From Patescibacteria group bacterium (lineage in GTDB: Bacteria; Patescibacteriota; Patescibacteriia; WFTA01; S139-112): a stretch of DNA of 64,000 bases. The translations under genes and the position numbers were made by a program. This document shows positions 38,171-48,432 of this stretch, in pieces. Within the stretch, counting starts at the first letter, position 1, and each line of letters starts with the position of its first letter. The notes under the pieces are model-generated. The model worked only from the letters and a program-made list of their open reading frames with translations. It ran no database searches and was not told the DNA's origin. The stretch is from the NCBI GenBank assembly GCA_015485695.1, contig WFTB01000006.1, positions 14,334 to 78,333 of the forward strand. The letters run 5' to 3'.

Positions 38171-39640
38171 ATGGCAGAAACAAGTCAAAAAAAAGTTGTA
38201 ACCCGGTTCGCGCCGAGCCCGACCGGTGACCCGCATATAGGCAATGTTCGTACCGCCTTTTACGCATGGCTTTTTGCCAGGCAACATGAAGGCGAGTTTT
38301 TGATTCGTATCGAGGACACCGACCGAGCGCGTTCTGTTGAGGGAAGTGAAGAAAAAATCCTGAAAATGTGGAAATGGCTTGGGTTTGACTATGATCGTGA
38401 GATAATTCGTCAATCGGAGCGCAAAAGCGTGTACGGCGAAATCGCGGAAAAGCTGGTTGAAAACAGCAAGGCTTATCGTTGTTTTTGTGCTCCTGAACGA
38501 CTTGATGCGATGCGCAAGGAACAGCAAGCGCGAAAAGAACAACCGCGATATGACGAGCATTGTCGAAATATTTCAGCAGAAGAATCAGATGAAAGAAAAA
38601 ACAACGGGGAAGAATTCGTTATTCGTCTGATTACACCCGAAGGAGGGGAGACGGTAGCGTGTGATATTATACGAGGCAAAGTCGAGTTCCCGAACAACAA
38701 CATTGACGATCTTGTGCTTTTGAAGCGTGACGGATTCCCTACGTATCATTTGGCGCATGTCATCGATGATTATGAACAGGGAGTGACGCATGTTATTCGC
38801 TCCGAAGAATGGCTACCGAGTTTGCCCAAGCACATATTGATTCATGATGCTCTGGGTTATGAGTTGCCAAATTACGCGCATTTGCCAATGATACTAGCGA
38901 CCGATAAATCCAAACTCAGTAAGCGACACGGAGCGGTATCGGTTCTCGACTTCAAAGCGCAAGGTTATTTACCTGAGGCTATTGTGAATTTTATGCTTCT
39001 TCTCGGCTGGCATCCTAAGGACGGGTCGGAGCAGGAGGTGTTTGACCTTGATGATATGAAAAAGCAATTCGCGCTTGAGGACGTTCAAAAATCCGGCGCC
39101 GTATTTGACTATCAAAAACTCGATTGGATGAACGCTCATTACATACGTCGTATGGAGTCGGATTTGTTATATGATTCGGTGTTGCCGTTTTTTGAAAAAA
39201 ACGATGCGTATAAGGGCTTGGATTTTTTGGGCAATAACGAAACGTCCGAGTTGTTGAAACGCGCGTTAAGATTGGAGCAAGATAGAGTCAAGAAATTATC
39301 AGAATTTCCGGATGCTTTGGGATTTGTCTTTTTTGAGCCGACTTATGATAATCCGGATATTTTGATTTGGAAAAAAAGCGACAAAGCGGAGACTGTAGAT
39401 CGGCTTGAGATGCTCGCTGAACTTCTAAACGGAATCGTAAGTTGGAATGAAGAAGAAATCGAAAAAACCGTAAAAGATAAAATCGAATCGGAAGGGTATG
39501 GGAACGGGGATACTCTCTGGCCGTTGCGAGTCGCTCTCTCCGGCAGAGAAAAATCGCCTGGCCCTTTTGAAATCGCCGAAGTCATAGGAAAAGAAAAAAC
39601 GATAAATCGTATAAACAACGCCATAAAGATTCTGGGATGA
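38171..39640 (+). CDS. gltX: Glutamate--tRNA ligase
   Basis: VVTRFAPSPTGDPHIGNVRTAFYAWLFAR (HIGH-type motif) and KLSKRHG (KMSKS-type motif). Confidence 0.93.
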   Translation: MAETSQKKVVTRFAPSPTGDPHIGNVRTAFYAWLFARQHEGEFLIRIEDTDRARSVEGSEEKILKMWKWLGFDYDREIIRQSERKSVYGEIAEKLVENSKAYRCFCAPERLDAMRKEQQARKEQPRYDEHCRNISAEESDERKNNGEEFVIRLITPEGGETVACDIIRGKVEFPNNNIDDLVLLKRDGFPTYHLAHVIDDYEQGVTHVIRSEEWLPSLPKHILIHDALGYELPNYAHLPMILATDKSKLSKRHGAVSVLDFKAQGYLPEAIVNFMLLLGWHPKDGSEQEVFDLDDMKKQFALEDVQKSGAVFDYQKLDWMNAHYIRRMESDLLYDSVLPFFEKNDAYKGLDFLGNNETSELLKRALRLEQDRVKKLSEFPDALGFVFFEPTYDNPDILIWKKSDKAETVDRLEMLAELLNGIVSWNEEEIEKTVKDKIESEGYGNGDTLWPLRVALSGREKSPGPFEIAEVIGKEKTINRINNAIKILG

Positions 39641-39811
39641 TATTTGCAAATGGTTTTTTCGCTTTATCTGTGAATTTATCTTGTGAATTTGAGTTTAGGA
39701 GTCCGTTTAAAACTTCAATTTTATTATCAAAGTCTCGTAGTCTCAAGTGAATATTGTGAAATTGCTTCGTAACAAGGATGTTTGGCGCTGGATTTTGCCA
39801 TAATTTTATTC

Positions 39812-41056
39812 ATGCATATTCGATTGATTAAGAAAAAACGTATAATAATTATAGCGCTCGCACCTTTGCTTGTCGGCGCGGTTTATTTTCCGATTGATAA
39901 ATTATACGCTGTGAGCATCGAGCAGTTGAAAGAACAGATAAAACTGAATCAATCAAGAACCTATGAATTGCAGGACAAAATACAGGAGTTGCAAAACAGT
40001 ATAGACGCAAGACGCAGTCAATCCGTATCTTTGTCGAATCAGATAAACGTATTCAACAGTCGCATTGCGCGAATTGAAGCTGAGATTGAGCTTACGAATA
40101 CCAGAATAGAGCAGACTAACCTCGAAATAGAAAAAACACAGATGGAAATATCTCAGACAGAAGAGATGATTTCGTCCAAAAAGCTGAATCTGAGTGCTCT
40201 TATAAGGTCGCTTGACAGACTGGGTAGAAAAGATGGAGTGGAAATTCTTTTGTTAAACGATACCGTGTCCGATTTTTTCAATGACATAGAATCGACTTTG
40301 CGTCTTCAAGGTAAAATAAAAAAAACCATTGAGAATCTCGCGGAACAAAGAAAGGAGCTGGCGTTGAAAAAGAAAGTTTTTGAAGACAAGAAAAAATCTC
40401 TAACTTCGCTCAAGGAAATATTCATATCCGATCAGGAGCGTATTCGCGAACAAACCGCCGTAAGAGCCGCCTTGTTGGCGGAGACCAAAAATTCAGAGGC
40501 TCGTTTTCAGGATCAACTCAGAAAAACAAAGGCCGAGCAAATACGAATCAACACGGATATACAAAATTTGGAAAGAACGGTTCGTCAAAGATTGGAGAGC
40601 TTGAGTATCGGGGACGGATTCAAACGTGTGGCGGGAGCGAGTTCTTTACGGTGGCCGGTTCCGTTCAAAAAAATAACGACATATTTCCATGATCCGGATT
40701 ATCCTTATCGTTATATATTCGAGCATCCGGCGCTTGATTTGCGCGCGGGACAGGGCACTCCCGTAAGAGCTGCGGCTCCCGGGTTTGTGGCGCGCGCCGC
40801 GGATAGGGGAACGGGATATTCTTATGTAATGATTATACACTCAAACGGTTTATCGACAGTGTATGGGCATGTGTCAAAGATTATGGTTCAGGAAGACCAG
40901 TTCGTTAATCAAGGCGATATAGTGGCTTTGTCCGGAGGGACACCCGGTACTCCCGGAGCCGGTAAATTGACATCCGGACCGCATTTGCATTTTGAGACAA
41001 GGCTTAACGGAATTCCCGTCGACCCTTTGGGTTATTTGACTATTCCACGGCAGTGA
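39812..41056 (+). CDS. M23-family peptidoglycan metalloendopeptidase with N-terminal coiled-coil (EnvC-like)
   Basis: Long coiled-coil N-terminal region. C-terminal LytM motifs ...HSNGLSTVYGHVS... and GPHLHFETRLNGIPVDP. ATG at 39812 preferred over TTG at 39782. Confidence 0.85.
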   Translation: MHIRLIKKKRIIIIALAPLLVGAVYFPIDKLYAVSIEQLKEQIKLNQSRTYELQDKIQELQNSIDARRSQSVSLSNQINVFNSRIARIEAEIELTNTRIEQTNLEIEKTQMEISQTEEMISSKKLNLSALIRSLDRLGRKDGVEILLLNDTVSDFFNDIESTLRLQGKIKKTIENLAEQRKELALKKKVFEDKKKSLTSLKEIFISDQERIREQTAVRAALLAETKNSEARFQDQLRKTKAEQIRINTDIQNLERTVRQRLESLSIGDGFKRVAGASSLRWPVPFKKITTYFHDPDYPYRYIFEHPALDLRAGQGTPVRAAAPGFVARAADRGTGYSYVMIIHSNGLSTVYGHVSKIMVQEDQFVNQGDIVALSGGTPGTPGAGKLTSGPHLHFETRLNGIPVDPLGYLTIPRQ

Positions 41057-41129
41057 GATTTTCCGGTAAGATTCGTTTGCTCATAATCAAACGAACGTTT
41101 TGGGTGACGTTACTGTTTTGGGTTTTTGT

Positions 41130-41160
41130 TTTTCTTATTTTGCGCGTTTTGTGTTATAAT
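41130..41160 (+). promoter_or_regulatory. Extended -10 promoter TTTTGTGTTATAAT upstream of the SOD gene
   Basis: TGtTATAAT at 41152-41160. Near-identical to the motif at 19507-19521. Confidence 0.45.
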
Positions 41161-41189
41161 GTATCGTGTTAAATGTTTTATTTCGCATT

Positions 41190-41771
41190 ATGTTACACGA
41201 ACTCCCAAAATTAAATTACGATTATGATGCCCTGGAACCGTATATAGACGCGAAGACAATGGAAATTCATCATACGAAACACCATCAAGGATATGTTGAT
41301 AAATTAAACTCTGTTTTGGACAAGCATCCGGATTTGCGAGATAAGGATTTGGGCAAGTTGCTGTTTGACGTTAAAAGTTTGCCGATAGACGAATCTGACA
41401 AGATATCAATTCTCAACAACGGAGGAGGACACCTGAATCATTCCCTGTTTTGGGAAGTGATGGACCCCGGCAATGAAAAGAACGAACAATTGTCAAGCGC
41501 CATAATCGAACAGTTTGGATCCGTTGATTCAATGAAGGAAGAATTCGAAAATGTCGCGATTAACAAATTCGGTAGCGGTTGGGCTTGGCTTGTGAGAGAC
41601 GAGGAAAATAATTTTCTGATATACGGCACTGACAATCAAGATTCCCCGTATATGCACGGATACGCTCCCATTATCGGAATTGACGTATGGGAGCACGCTT
41701 ATTATTTGAAATATCAGAACAGAAGAGCCGAATACGTAAAAGCATGGTGGAATTTGGTCAAAATCATTTAA
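41190..41771 (+). CDS. sodA: Superoxide dismutase, Fe/Mn family
   Basis: LPKLNYDYDALEPYIDAKTMEIHHTKHHQGYV and DVWEHAYYLKYQNRRAEYV are canonical Fe/Mn-SOD motifs. Metal specificity not determinable. ATG at 41190. Confidence 0.9.
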   Translation: MLHELPKLNYDYDALEPYIDAKTMEIHHTKHHQGYVDKLNSVLDKHPDLRDKDLGKLLFDVKSLPIDESDKISILNNGGGHLNHSLFWEVMDPGNEKNEQLSSAIIEQFGSVDSMKEEFENVAINKFGSGWAWLVRDEENNFLIYGTDNQDSPYMHGYAPIIGIDVWEHAYYLKYQNRRAEYVKAWWNLVKII

Positions 41772-41784
41772 AGGAACTTAATCA

Positions 41785-41812
41785 ACTCTCGCGTAAGCGA
41801 GAGTTTTTTATT
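41785..41812 (+). terminator. Rho-independent terminator after the SOD gene
   Basis: ACTCTCGC-gtaa-GCGAGAGT followed by TTTTTTATTT. Confidence 0.75.
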
Positions 41813-41845
41813 TAAAAATCTTGTTGTCCGGTATGCTGTCGCGCT

Positions 41846-42775
41846 TTAATCGTTGTTCTTGATGTAGCCACGAGCAAAATCCGACCCCTTCATTTGTTTT
41901 TTTCCGGAAGGTTGTATTATCAAAACTTCCAATGTCGTGCAGTTTCCGCAACTTATCAGCAGTTTATCGTTTTCAAACGACGCTTTCCCCGGAAATGTTT
42001 GTTTGAGTGTTAAATTCGAGACTTTCGCTTTTATTATTTTAACGTCAATTCCTTCTATTTGAGAAAACGCTCCGGGCCACGGATGATAAGCTCTGGTCAT
42101 CTTTTCTATGTAATCCGCGCTTGAATTCCAATCTATTTTTCCGTCTTCTTTTTTTATTATTTCACAATACGTCGCTTTGTCATGGTCTTGTTGCTTCGGA
42201 ACAATATCTCCAGCAATGTATTTGCAGATTGTTTCGGGTAAATTATCGGCTCCGATTTGAAATAATTTTTTGCCCAGAGTTTCGCAATTATCCGATTCTA
42301 AGATATCGGATTCGAAATTCGCGATTATCGGTCCGTGGTCCATTTTTTCGTCCATCAACATTATTGACACGCCCGACTTTGTCAAACCGTCCAGAATTTG
42401 ATATTGCAAAGGACTCGGACCTCTGTAAAGCGGAAGGAGTGACGGGTGTATGTTTATGCTTCCGTGTTTTGGAATATCTATCAGTTTTTTTGGCAGTATT
42501 TTCCCGTACGCGACAACCACGAACAAATCCGGGTTTTCCTGTCGGATTTTATTTATGAATTCGTCTGTTATTTTTTCGGGTTGAAGCACTCGGATTCCGT
42601 GTCTTTTCGCAATATCTTTCACCGGTGGGGGCGTCAGTGTTTTTTTGCGCCCGGTTGGCTTATCCGCGCGAGTGACGACGGAGATTACGGGTATTCCGCT
42701 TTCTATGAGTTTTTCAAGCGCCGGAACGGCATATTGCGGAGTTCCGAAGAAAATTATTTTAGTGTTTTTATTCAT
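41846..42775 (-). CDS. fmt: Methionyl-tRNA formyltransferase
   Basis: KIIFFGTPQYAVPALEKLIESGIPVISVVTRADKPTGRKK and SINIHPSLLPLYRGPSPLQ match Fmt. Downstream of def. Confidence 0.92.
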   Translation of the reverse strand: MNKNTKIIFFGTPQYAVPALEKLIESGIPVISVVTRADKPTGRKKTLTPPPVKDIAKRHGIRVLQPEKITDEFINKIRQENPDLFVVVAYGKILPKKLIDIPKHGSINIHPSLLPLYRGPSPLQYQILDGLTKSGVSIMLMDEKMDHGPIIANFESDILESDNCETLGKKLFQIGADNLPETICKYIAGDIVPKQQDHDKATYCEIIKKEDGKIDWNSSADYIEKMTRAYHPWPGAFSQIEGIDVKIIKAKVSNLTLKQTFPGKASFENDKLLISCGNCTTLEVLIIQPSGKKQMKGSDFARGYIKNND

Positions 42776-43293
42776 TTTATGTACGGGTATTCGGGTATCA
42801 TCATTTTGTCCCGCGAGAGAGATATGGCTTTGCTTGTAAACAGCACCCCGTCCAAGTGGTCGATTTCGTGTTGTATGACACGCGCCAAAAATCCGTCCGC
42901 GTTCAATGTGAGGGTTTTTCCGCTCGAATCTTGATATGATATGGTTATTTTCTCCGGGCGTTTAACGTTTCCGTAAACCGCCGGTATCGACAGACACCCT
43001 TCTTCCATAATCGTTTTTTTGAGAGATTTTTTTTTGATTGTCGGATTGATTAGTTCGAGAATATCTTCGTCCGCGTCAGAGACCGCCTTAATGTCGATAA
43101 TCGCGATACGAACCGACACTCCGACTTGCGGAGCCGCCAGGCCGACACCGTTGGCGTTTCGCATCGTGTTTTTCATGTCATTTATGAGATTCGAGAATTT
43201 ACCGATTTTGATTTCATCGGCTGAGAGCTTTTCAGCTTTTTTGAACAGGACCGGTTGCGGGTCCAAATATATCGGCAGTATCATAATTCTCAT
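42772..43293 (-). CDS. def: Peptide deformylase
   Basis: GVGLAAPQVG, EGCLSIP and QHEIDHLDG are the three PDF motifs. Confidence 0.93.
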   Translation of the reverse strand: MRIMILPIYLDPQPVLFKKAEKLSADEIKIGKFSNLINDMKNTMRNANGVGLAAPQVGVSVRIAIIDIKAVSDADEDILELINPTIKKKSLKKTIMEEGCLSIPAVYGNVKRPEKITISYQDSSGKTLTLNADGFLARVIQHEIDHLDGVLFTSKAISLSRDKMMIPEYPYIK

Positions 43294-45137
43294 TAAAGCA
43301 ATGATTCGGGGTTTCTGTCAAACACCCATCCTGGTTCCGTTATAAGCTCGTTTATTTTTGAAAGCGCGCTTTCTTCTCGGTTGTCGCGTTTTATTTTTAT
43401 TATTAAATTGAATTGATAATTTCCTCGAACCCTCTTTCGGTAAGACGGAAACGGTCTTGAAATTTCAATATTTTCCGATTTTTCTTTTGGCAGATATTTT
43501 TTTAATCTGTTGTACATGTGCATCGCTTCTCCGACCGCGCGTTTTTCGTCTTTGTTCTTGTATGTCAGTTTTAAAATCGTTGTAAACGGAGGATATCCGA
43601 GAGTTCGCCGCAATTTTATTTCGTGATTGTAAAACAAATCGGGTTTGTTTTGTGCGATTGATTTTATAACCACGTTGTCCGGATTGTAAGTTTGAATTAT
43701 CAAATTCGGCGATAAAAATCGTTTAAGAGTCTTATATGTCGATTCTCCGGCTCTAAAGTCCGGTCGGCACAGAGCCTGGTCCGCATTTATTATGCCAACC
43801 GTTTCGATAGAGTTCCAATCGATTCTGGGTAACGCGAACTCGGTTCCTATGAATATTCCGGGTTTTGATTTTTTGATTTGATTCGAGGTTTGTTTCGTAT
43901 CGCTGTCCAATCTTGTGATATTGATTTTTGGAAACAATTTTGCGATTTCGTTTTCTATTTTTTGCGTGCCTTTTCCGGTGAGTTTGATTTCCGGTCCGAA
44001 ACACGAAGGACAAAGCGGGGGCAGCTCTTCTCTGTGGCGACAATGGTGGCATATCAAGCGTTTATTAACGTGAAAAACAAGGGGCAAATCGCATTCCGGA
44101 CAGAGAATGGTGTGTCCGCAATCTTTGCAAGTCACGCTTGATGAGTGCCCTCTTCTGTTAAGAAACAAGAATACGTTTTTTTCGTGTCTTATCGATTCTT
44201 CAACGGCTTTTTGCAATTGCTCGCTAATATTGGAATAATTGCCTTTCAATCTTTCTTCTTTCATGTCAACTACGGAAATTGAACGCTGAGGCGTCTTAAC
44301 ACGTTTGCCCGAGACCTTGTCGTTAAGATATGTTTCAACACTCGGTGTGTCGGTTATGTGTATGACTTTCGCATTATGAATTTCGGATAACATGTTCGCG
44401 ACTTCACGCGCGTGGTATTTCGGTGATGATTCGGATTTGTACGAACCGCTTGATTCGTTTTCCATAATTATCAGTTTCAAGTTGAAAAACGGAGCGAACA
44501 AAGAAGATCTGGTGCCTATGATAAGATTGGTTTCTCCCAGCAACACTTTCAGATATTCTCGGAATGCTTTCTTCTTTGCCGCTGATTCTCGCCAAATTGA
44601 TATGTTTTCAACTTTGGATGCGTATTTGTTCGCAATTCTTCGCGTTTCGATTTTTTCCGGCGCGATATAAAGCGCTTGCCGACCTCGACTTACCGTTTCC
44701 ATTATGATCGAATCAACCTTTTTCGTATCGGCAAAACTTATAATCTCCGTTTTGTTCGATGATTTTTTGGTCACTCTTTTTTTGCGAGTTGGATTTTTTA
44801 TGTTGATTTCGAGTTTTTTGGGAATTTCCGGAACTATCAGCTTTGTTGATGTGGACAAGGAAACGGAATATGTATTCGCAATCCACACGGCGATTCGCAT
44901 TTGTTCCGGAGTTACAATCGGGGCGTTTGATTGATTAGCGATTATCGATTTTAAGTCGTCCATTTTCGCTGGTTCGTTTACGGTTTTGACCAATCCGGCC
45001 ACTGTTCTGTTGCGGAAAGGTATTGACACTATGGTTCCCGGTTTTACGGTTTCCGCCAGATCCAAAGGTACATTATAACTGTATGTGCCGGAAACATTTC
45101 GCGGTAATCTTATTATTGGGATAACATCGGCTATCAT
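43293..45137 (-). CDS. priA: Primosomal protein N' (replication restart helicase)
   Basis: Cys-rich zinc-binding insert CKDCGHTILCPECDLPLVFHVNKRLICHHCRHREELPPLCPSCFG inside a superfamily-2 helicase core. Forms a priA-def-fmt operon. Confidence 0.88.
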   Translation of the reverse strand: MIADVIPIIRLPRNVSGTYSYNVPLDLAETVKPGTIVSIPFRNRTVAGLVKTVNEPAKMDDLKSIIANQSNAPIVTPEQMRIAVWIANTYSVSLSTSTKLIVPEIPKKLEINIKNPTRKKRVTKKSSNKTEIISFADTKKVDSIIMETVSRGRQALYIAPEKIETRRIANKYASKVENISIWRESAAKKKAFREYLKVLLGETNLIIGTRSSLFAPFFNLKLIIMENESSGSYKSESSPKYHAREVANMLSEIHNAKVIHITDTPSVETYLNDKVSGKRVKTPQRSISVVDMKEERLKGNYSNISEQLQKAVEESIRHEKNVFLFLNRRGHSSSVTCKDCGHTILCPECDLPLVFHVNKRLICHHCRHREELPPLCPSCFGPEIKLTGKGTQKIENEIAKLFPKINITRLDSDTKQTSNQIKKSKPGIFIGTEFALPRIDWNSIETVGIINADQALCRPDFRAGESTYKTLKRFLSPNLIIQTYNPDNVVIKSIAQNKPDLFYNHEIKLRRTLGYPPFTTILKLTYKNKDEKRAVGEAMHMYNRLKKYLPKEKSENIEISRPFPSYRKRVRGNYQFNLIIKIKRDNREESALSKINELITEPGWVFDRNPESLL

Positions 45138-45265
45138 GTTCTTGGCGTATTATGATATAATCGCGTTTTTCATTTTTAGTGTTCGGGAATTTTCGGAACT
45201 TTTCGTCATTTGCAAATCATATTTCGACTCTTCTTGAGTTCAGTGTTTTTGAACAGCGTCCGTTA

Positions 45266-46627
45266 TCAGAGGTTTTGTATGTTCAACGGCTCGCCAGTTC
45301 GGTGCAAGGACAGGGCTTTTTGAGATGTTTGTATTACGTTTTTCCAATCATATCCAAGTTTTTCGAAAACTTTCTCTGTTGGAATCGGTAGTTTTAAACC
45401 GTTCGATATCACATACACGGCTGGGTCTCCGACCGCGCTTACCAATTCGCCGTCTTTAAACTTTACAGGTTCTCCTTGTCGGAATTTTTCTATTTCTTCC
45501 GTTTTTGCGGGAGATATTTTCATGTAAGGGAAATTTGCGTTCATGATTTCTCGAGACCAGATGGCGTGTCTTACATTGTCGCGAACATACCACACTCCTC
45601 CGGTGGAAGTGTCTTGAAGCAGAGCTCCAGTCGGATGGGCGTTTTCTTCGGTTATGGGTTCTCCCGTCGGTATTGTGGCAAGGTCCTCCGGTGATACTTG
45701 TTCGACCTCTTCGGGATTGAATCCTATTTTCCTAAACGCTTCTCGCGAAACTATTGGACGTTTTTTATCGTCAACTATCAGGTATATTCCTCCCGTTTTT
45801 GAATCCTGCAACAGTGAGTATTGAGCGTATTTTATCGGAGGGCCCAGCGGGAATGAAGATAAATTTTCGGGCGACGTTACAATCACTTTTTCAAGGTCGT
45901 ATCTGGACGCGAAAGCCAACATGGAAGCGAATGGACGTTTTTGTCCGTTTTGAATTATGAATATCCCTCCGGTTTCGGAATCTTGCAACAGAGTTCCGTC
46001 GGGGAATTCATGTGTGAACCAATTTTTCCATATTTTGTAAAAATTTTTGTTTCCGGGTATGTGAGGCGTGTACAGATAAAGAGCATGTGTTGCTCGATTG
46101 CCTATCGTCACTCTTTCATCGTCTATCGTGTAAGTCGAGCCGACTTTGAACCCGTATGATTGGGGATTGTCATAAAACAATCTGAAAGTGGACGCGGCAT
46201 AGTCTATTTGATTCGCGAATCCTTTATATCTTTGCAATTTCGGGTCCGATTTGCTGCACGAGTCACAGACACCGAATCCCGTCGCCCAATCTAGCCTTCT
46301 TTGCGTTAAGGGTTCGGTTATCAAACTTTGCTCTTTTTGCAGTGTCGTTATGAGCACTTTCGGGTTTATTCTCGCCAATTGAGAGTTGTCGTATATCAAT
46401 TGAGACGCGCGGACTCGAATTGCGGGATCGACATAATCAGCCAAATAGGATTTTTTATCCTTCAGGAAACGTTGTATATCGTCCATTGACATCGAATTGT
46501 AATCAACAAACTCGGAATCGGACATTATGACGCCGGGTTGGAATTGGGCGATTGCAGGATATGTTTGCGAAAGGTATATTATGGAAATGAATAAAAACGC
46601 GAAAAAATATTTTAATGTTGTAATCAT
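45266..46627 (-). CDS. Secreted protein with an N-terminal unknown domain and four tandem ~55-aa repeats
   Basis: Signal peptide and TM at N-terminus (FFAFLFISIIYLSQTYPAIA). Repeats LLQDSETGGIFIIQNGQKRPF..., LLQDSKTGGIYLIVDDKKRPI..., LLQDTSTGGVWYVRDNVRHAI..., and a fourth degenerate copy. Confidence 0.6.
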   Translation of the reverse strand: MITTLKYFFAFLFISIIYLSQTYPAIAQFQPGVIMSDSEFVDYNSMSMDDIQRFLKDKKSYLADYVDPAIRVRASQLIYDNSQLARINPKVLITTLQKEQSLITEPLTQRRLDWATGFGVCDSCSKSDPKLQRYKGFANQIDYAASTFRLFYDNPQSYGFKVGSTYTIDDERVTIGNRATHALYLYTPHIPGNKNFYKIWKNWFTHEFPDGTLLQDSETGGIFIIQNGQKRPFASMLAFASRYDLEKVIVTSPENLSSFPLGPPIKYAQYSLLQDSKTGGIYLIVDDKKRPIVSREAFRKIGFNPEEVEQVSPEDLATIPTGEPITEENAHPTGALLQDTSTGGVWYVRDNVRHAIWSREIMNANFPYMKISPAKTEEIEKFRQGEPVKFKDGELVSAVGDPAVYVISNGLKLPIPTEKVFEKLGYDWKNVIQTSQKALSLHRTGEPLNIQNL

Positions 46628-46937
46628 GTTTTGATGTTTTAAGTTATTGAGGACAGTATACTATGAGAGTGGCCTTGTTTCAACAATTTTTTTTCTGGTT
46701 TGATTCAAGTGACCTGTCCGGTTTGCGGTTTTACATTCGAGTGCCGCGTTTTTTATTGGATTCGCGGTTAATCGGTCAAATGCGCAAGAGGCGGTACAAA
46801 ACCTCGGAATTTCGAAACAATTTTGAAATCTCAACTCAAAATTCCGAAATTTCGAGAATAAAATATAGATTTTTGGTAAAGTTTCGGCGAGTTTCGTTTT
46901 CTCTTCCATTTTTGTTTGAAAGTGCTAAACTTGATTT

Positions 46938-48089
46938 ATGAAGATATCTTATCTCGCAAACATAAGAGTCCCTTCCGAAAAGGGGGAGACACTGCAAATT
47001 ATGAAGATGTGTTCCGCTTTGGCGAATTCCGGAAAGGATGTTGATTTGGAATTGGTTGTCCCTCGTCGCAGGAATACAATGAAAGTGTCAGATCCGTTTG
47101 AATATTACGGAGTTGAAGAAAACTTTAAAATAACCCGTTTGCCGATTGTCGATTTCATGCCATGGAGATTCGTGTTCGGCAAGTGGGCTTTTCGCGCCAA
47201 CTATTGGTTGTTTTCCCATTTTGCTGCATTTTACGCGTGCAGAATAAAAAATCCGGATATAGTGTATTCGCGTGATTGGCGAACTCTTTATTTGTTACGA
47301 AACGGCAACTGTGAATTGATTTTTGAATTGCATGATTTTCGACCGCAAGATTCGGAAGGGTATAAGGCGATAGAGCCGGCTTGCAGTTCAATCGTGGTAA
47401 TCACCCAAGGGTTGAAGAAAAAACTCATAAGCATAGGAATACCGGAAAAAAAAATAGTAATAGCTCCAGACGCGGTCGATATAGAAGAGTTTGACATAGA
47501 CATCACTCAATCCGAGGCGAGAGACAAGCTCAGATTGGACAGAAATCAAAAATTGGTGATATACACGGGGCACTTGTTCAGGTGGAAGGGAGCGCATACT
47601 TTGATAGACGCTTTTGAGATACTTCACAAGCAAGAATACGAAGCCAAATTGGTGCTGGTCGGTGGCATGGAAGAAGATATAGCCAGGGTAAAAAAGAGCA
47701 TATCGGAAAAGGGAATCGAAAACATTATTGTTGTGGGTCATCGTCCTTACAGGGAGATTTCCCTGTACTTGAAAGCGGCGGATATTGTTGTTATGGCTGA
47801 TTCGATGCAATATGACATTTCACGAGAATACACTTCTCCTCTTAAGCTTTTTCAATACATGGCCGCGCGCAAACCGATTGTCGCTCCAACCACCCCGGCG
47901 CTTCTTGAGATTCTGAACACGGATAATGCGTGGCCGTATTCTCCTGATGACCCGAAATCTCTGGCGACCACTTTAAAATACGCTCTTGAACATCCGGATG
48001 AATCCGAGAAAAAAGTCGAACATGCTTGGCAAGAAGTAAAAAAGTATACATGGGTGAATCGCAGAGATAAAATTTTTAAAGATTCGTAA
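46938..48089 (+). CDS. Glycosyltransferase family 4 (GT-B fold)
   Basis: C-terminal EX7E-like region PLKLFQYMAARKPIVAPTTPALLEIL. GT4 N- and C-domains. Confidence 0.85.
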   Translation: MKISYLANIRVPSEKGETLQIMKMCSALANSGKDVDLELVVPRRRNTMKVSDPFEYYGVEENFKITRLPIVDFMPWRFVFGKWAFRANYWLFSHFAAFYACRIKNPDIVYSRDWRTLYLLRNGNCELIFELHDFRPQDSEGYKAIEPACSSIVVITQGLKKKLISIGIPEKKIVIAPDAVDIEEFDIDITQSEARDKLRLDRNQKLVIYTGHLFRWKGAHTLIDAFEILHKQEYEAKLVLVGGMEEDIARVKKSISEKGIENIIVVGHRPYREISLYLKAADIVVMADSMQYDISREYTSPLKLFQYMAARKPIVAPTTPALLEILNTDNAWPYSPDDPKSLATTLKYALEHPDESEKKVEHAWQEVKKYTWVNRRDKIFKDS

Positions 48090-48092
48090 AAT

Positions 48093-48431
48093 ATGATGGT
48101 TCAAATTTTATTGATAATATTCATAGTACTGATTATCGCCAGAATATCGGACAGATATTGGAGAAAAGAAATACACTCGGTCGGGTTTTTTTCTTGGCTT
48201 GCTTTTTGGTTGTCCGCCGGCGCGGTTGTTTTGTGGCCCGACTCTTCATCTTGGTTGGCGACAGTTTTGGGAGTCGGCAGGGGAGTTGATTTGATGCTAT
48301 ATCTTTCTGTCATGCTTATTTTCTATTTGCTGTTTCGAATTTTCGTACGACTTGAAAAACAAGAGAAAGAAATAACGAAGCTTGTCCGTAAAATGGCATT
48401 GGACGAATCGAGAAAGGAGGGCGGAGAGTAA
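48093..48431 (+). CDS. DUF2304-family small membrane protein (commonly paired with GT2 glycosyltransferases)
   Basis: 112 aa, two or three TM segments, then LYLSVMLIFYLLFRIFVRLEKQEKEITKLVRKMAL, recalled as the DUF2304 signature. Confidence 0.65.
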   Translation: MMVQILLIIFIVLIIARISDRYWRKEIHSVGFFSWLAFWLSAGAVVLWPDSSSWLATVLGVGRGVDLMLYLSVMLIFYLLFRIFVRLEKQEKEITKLVRKMALDESRKEGGE

Positions 48432-48432
48432 C

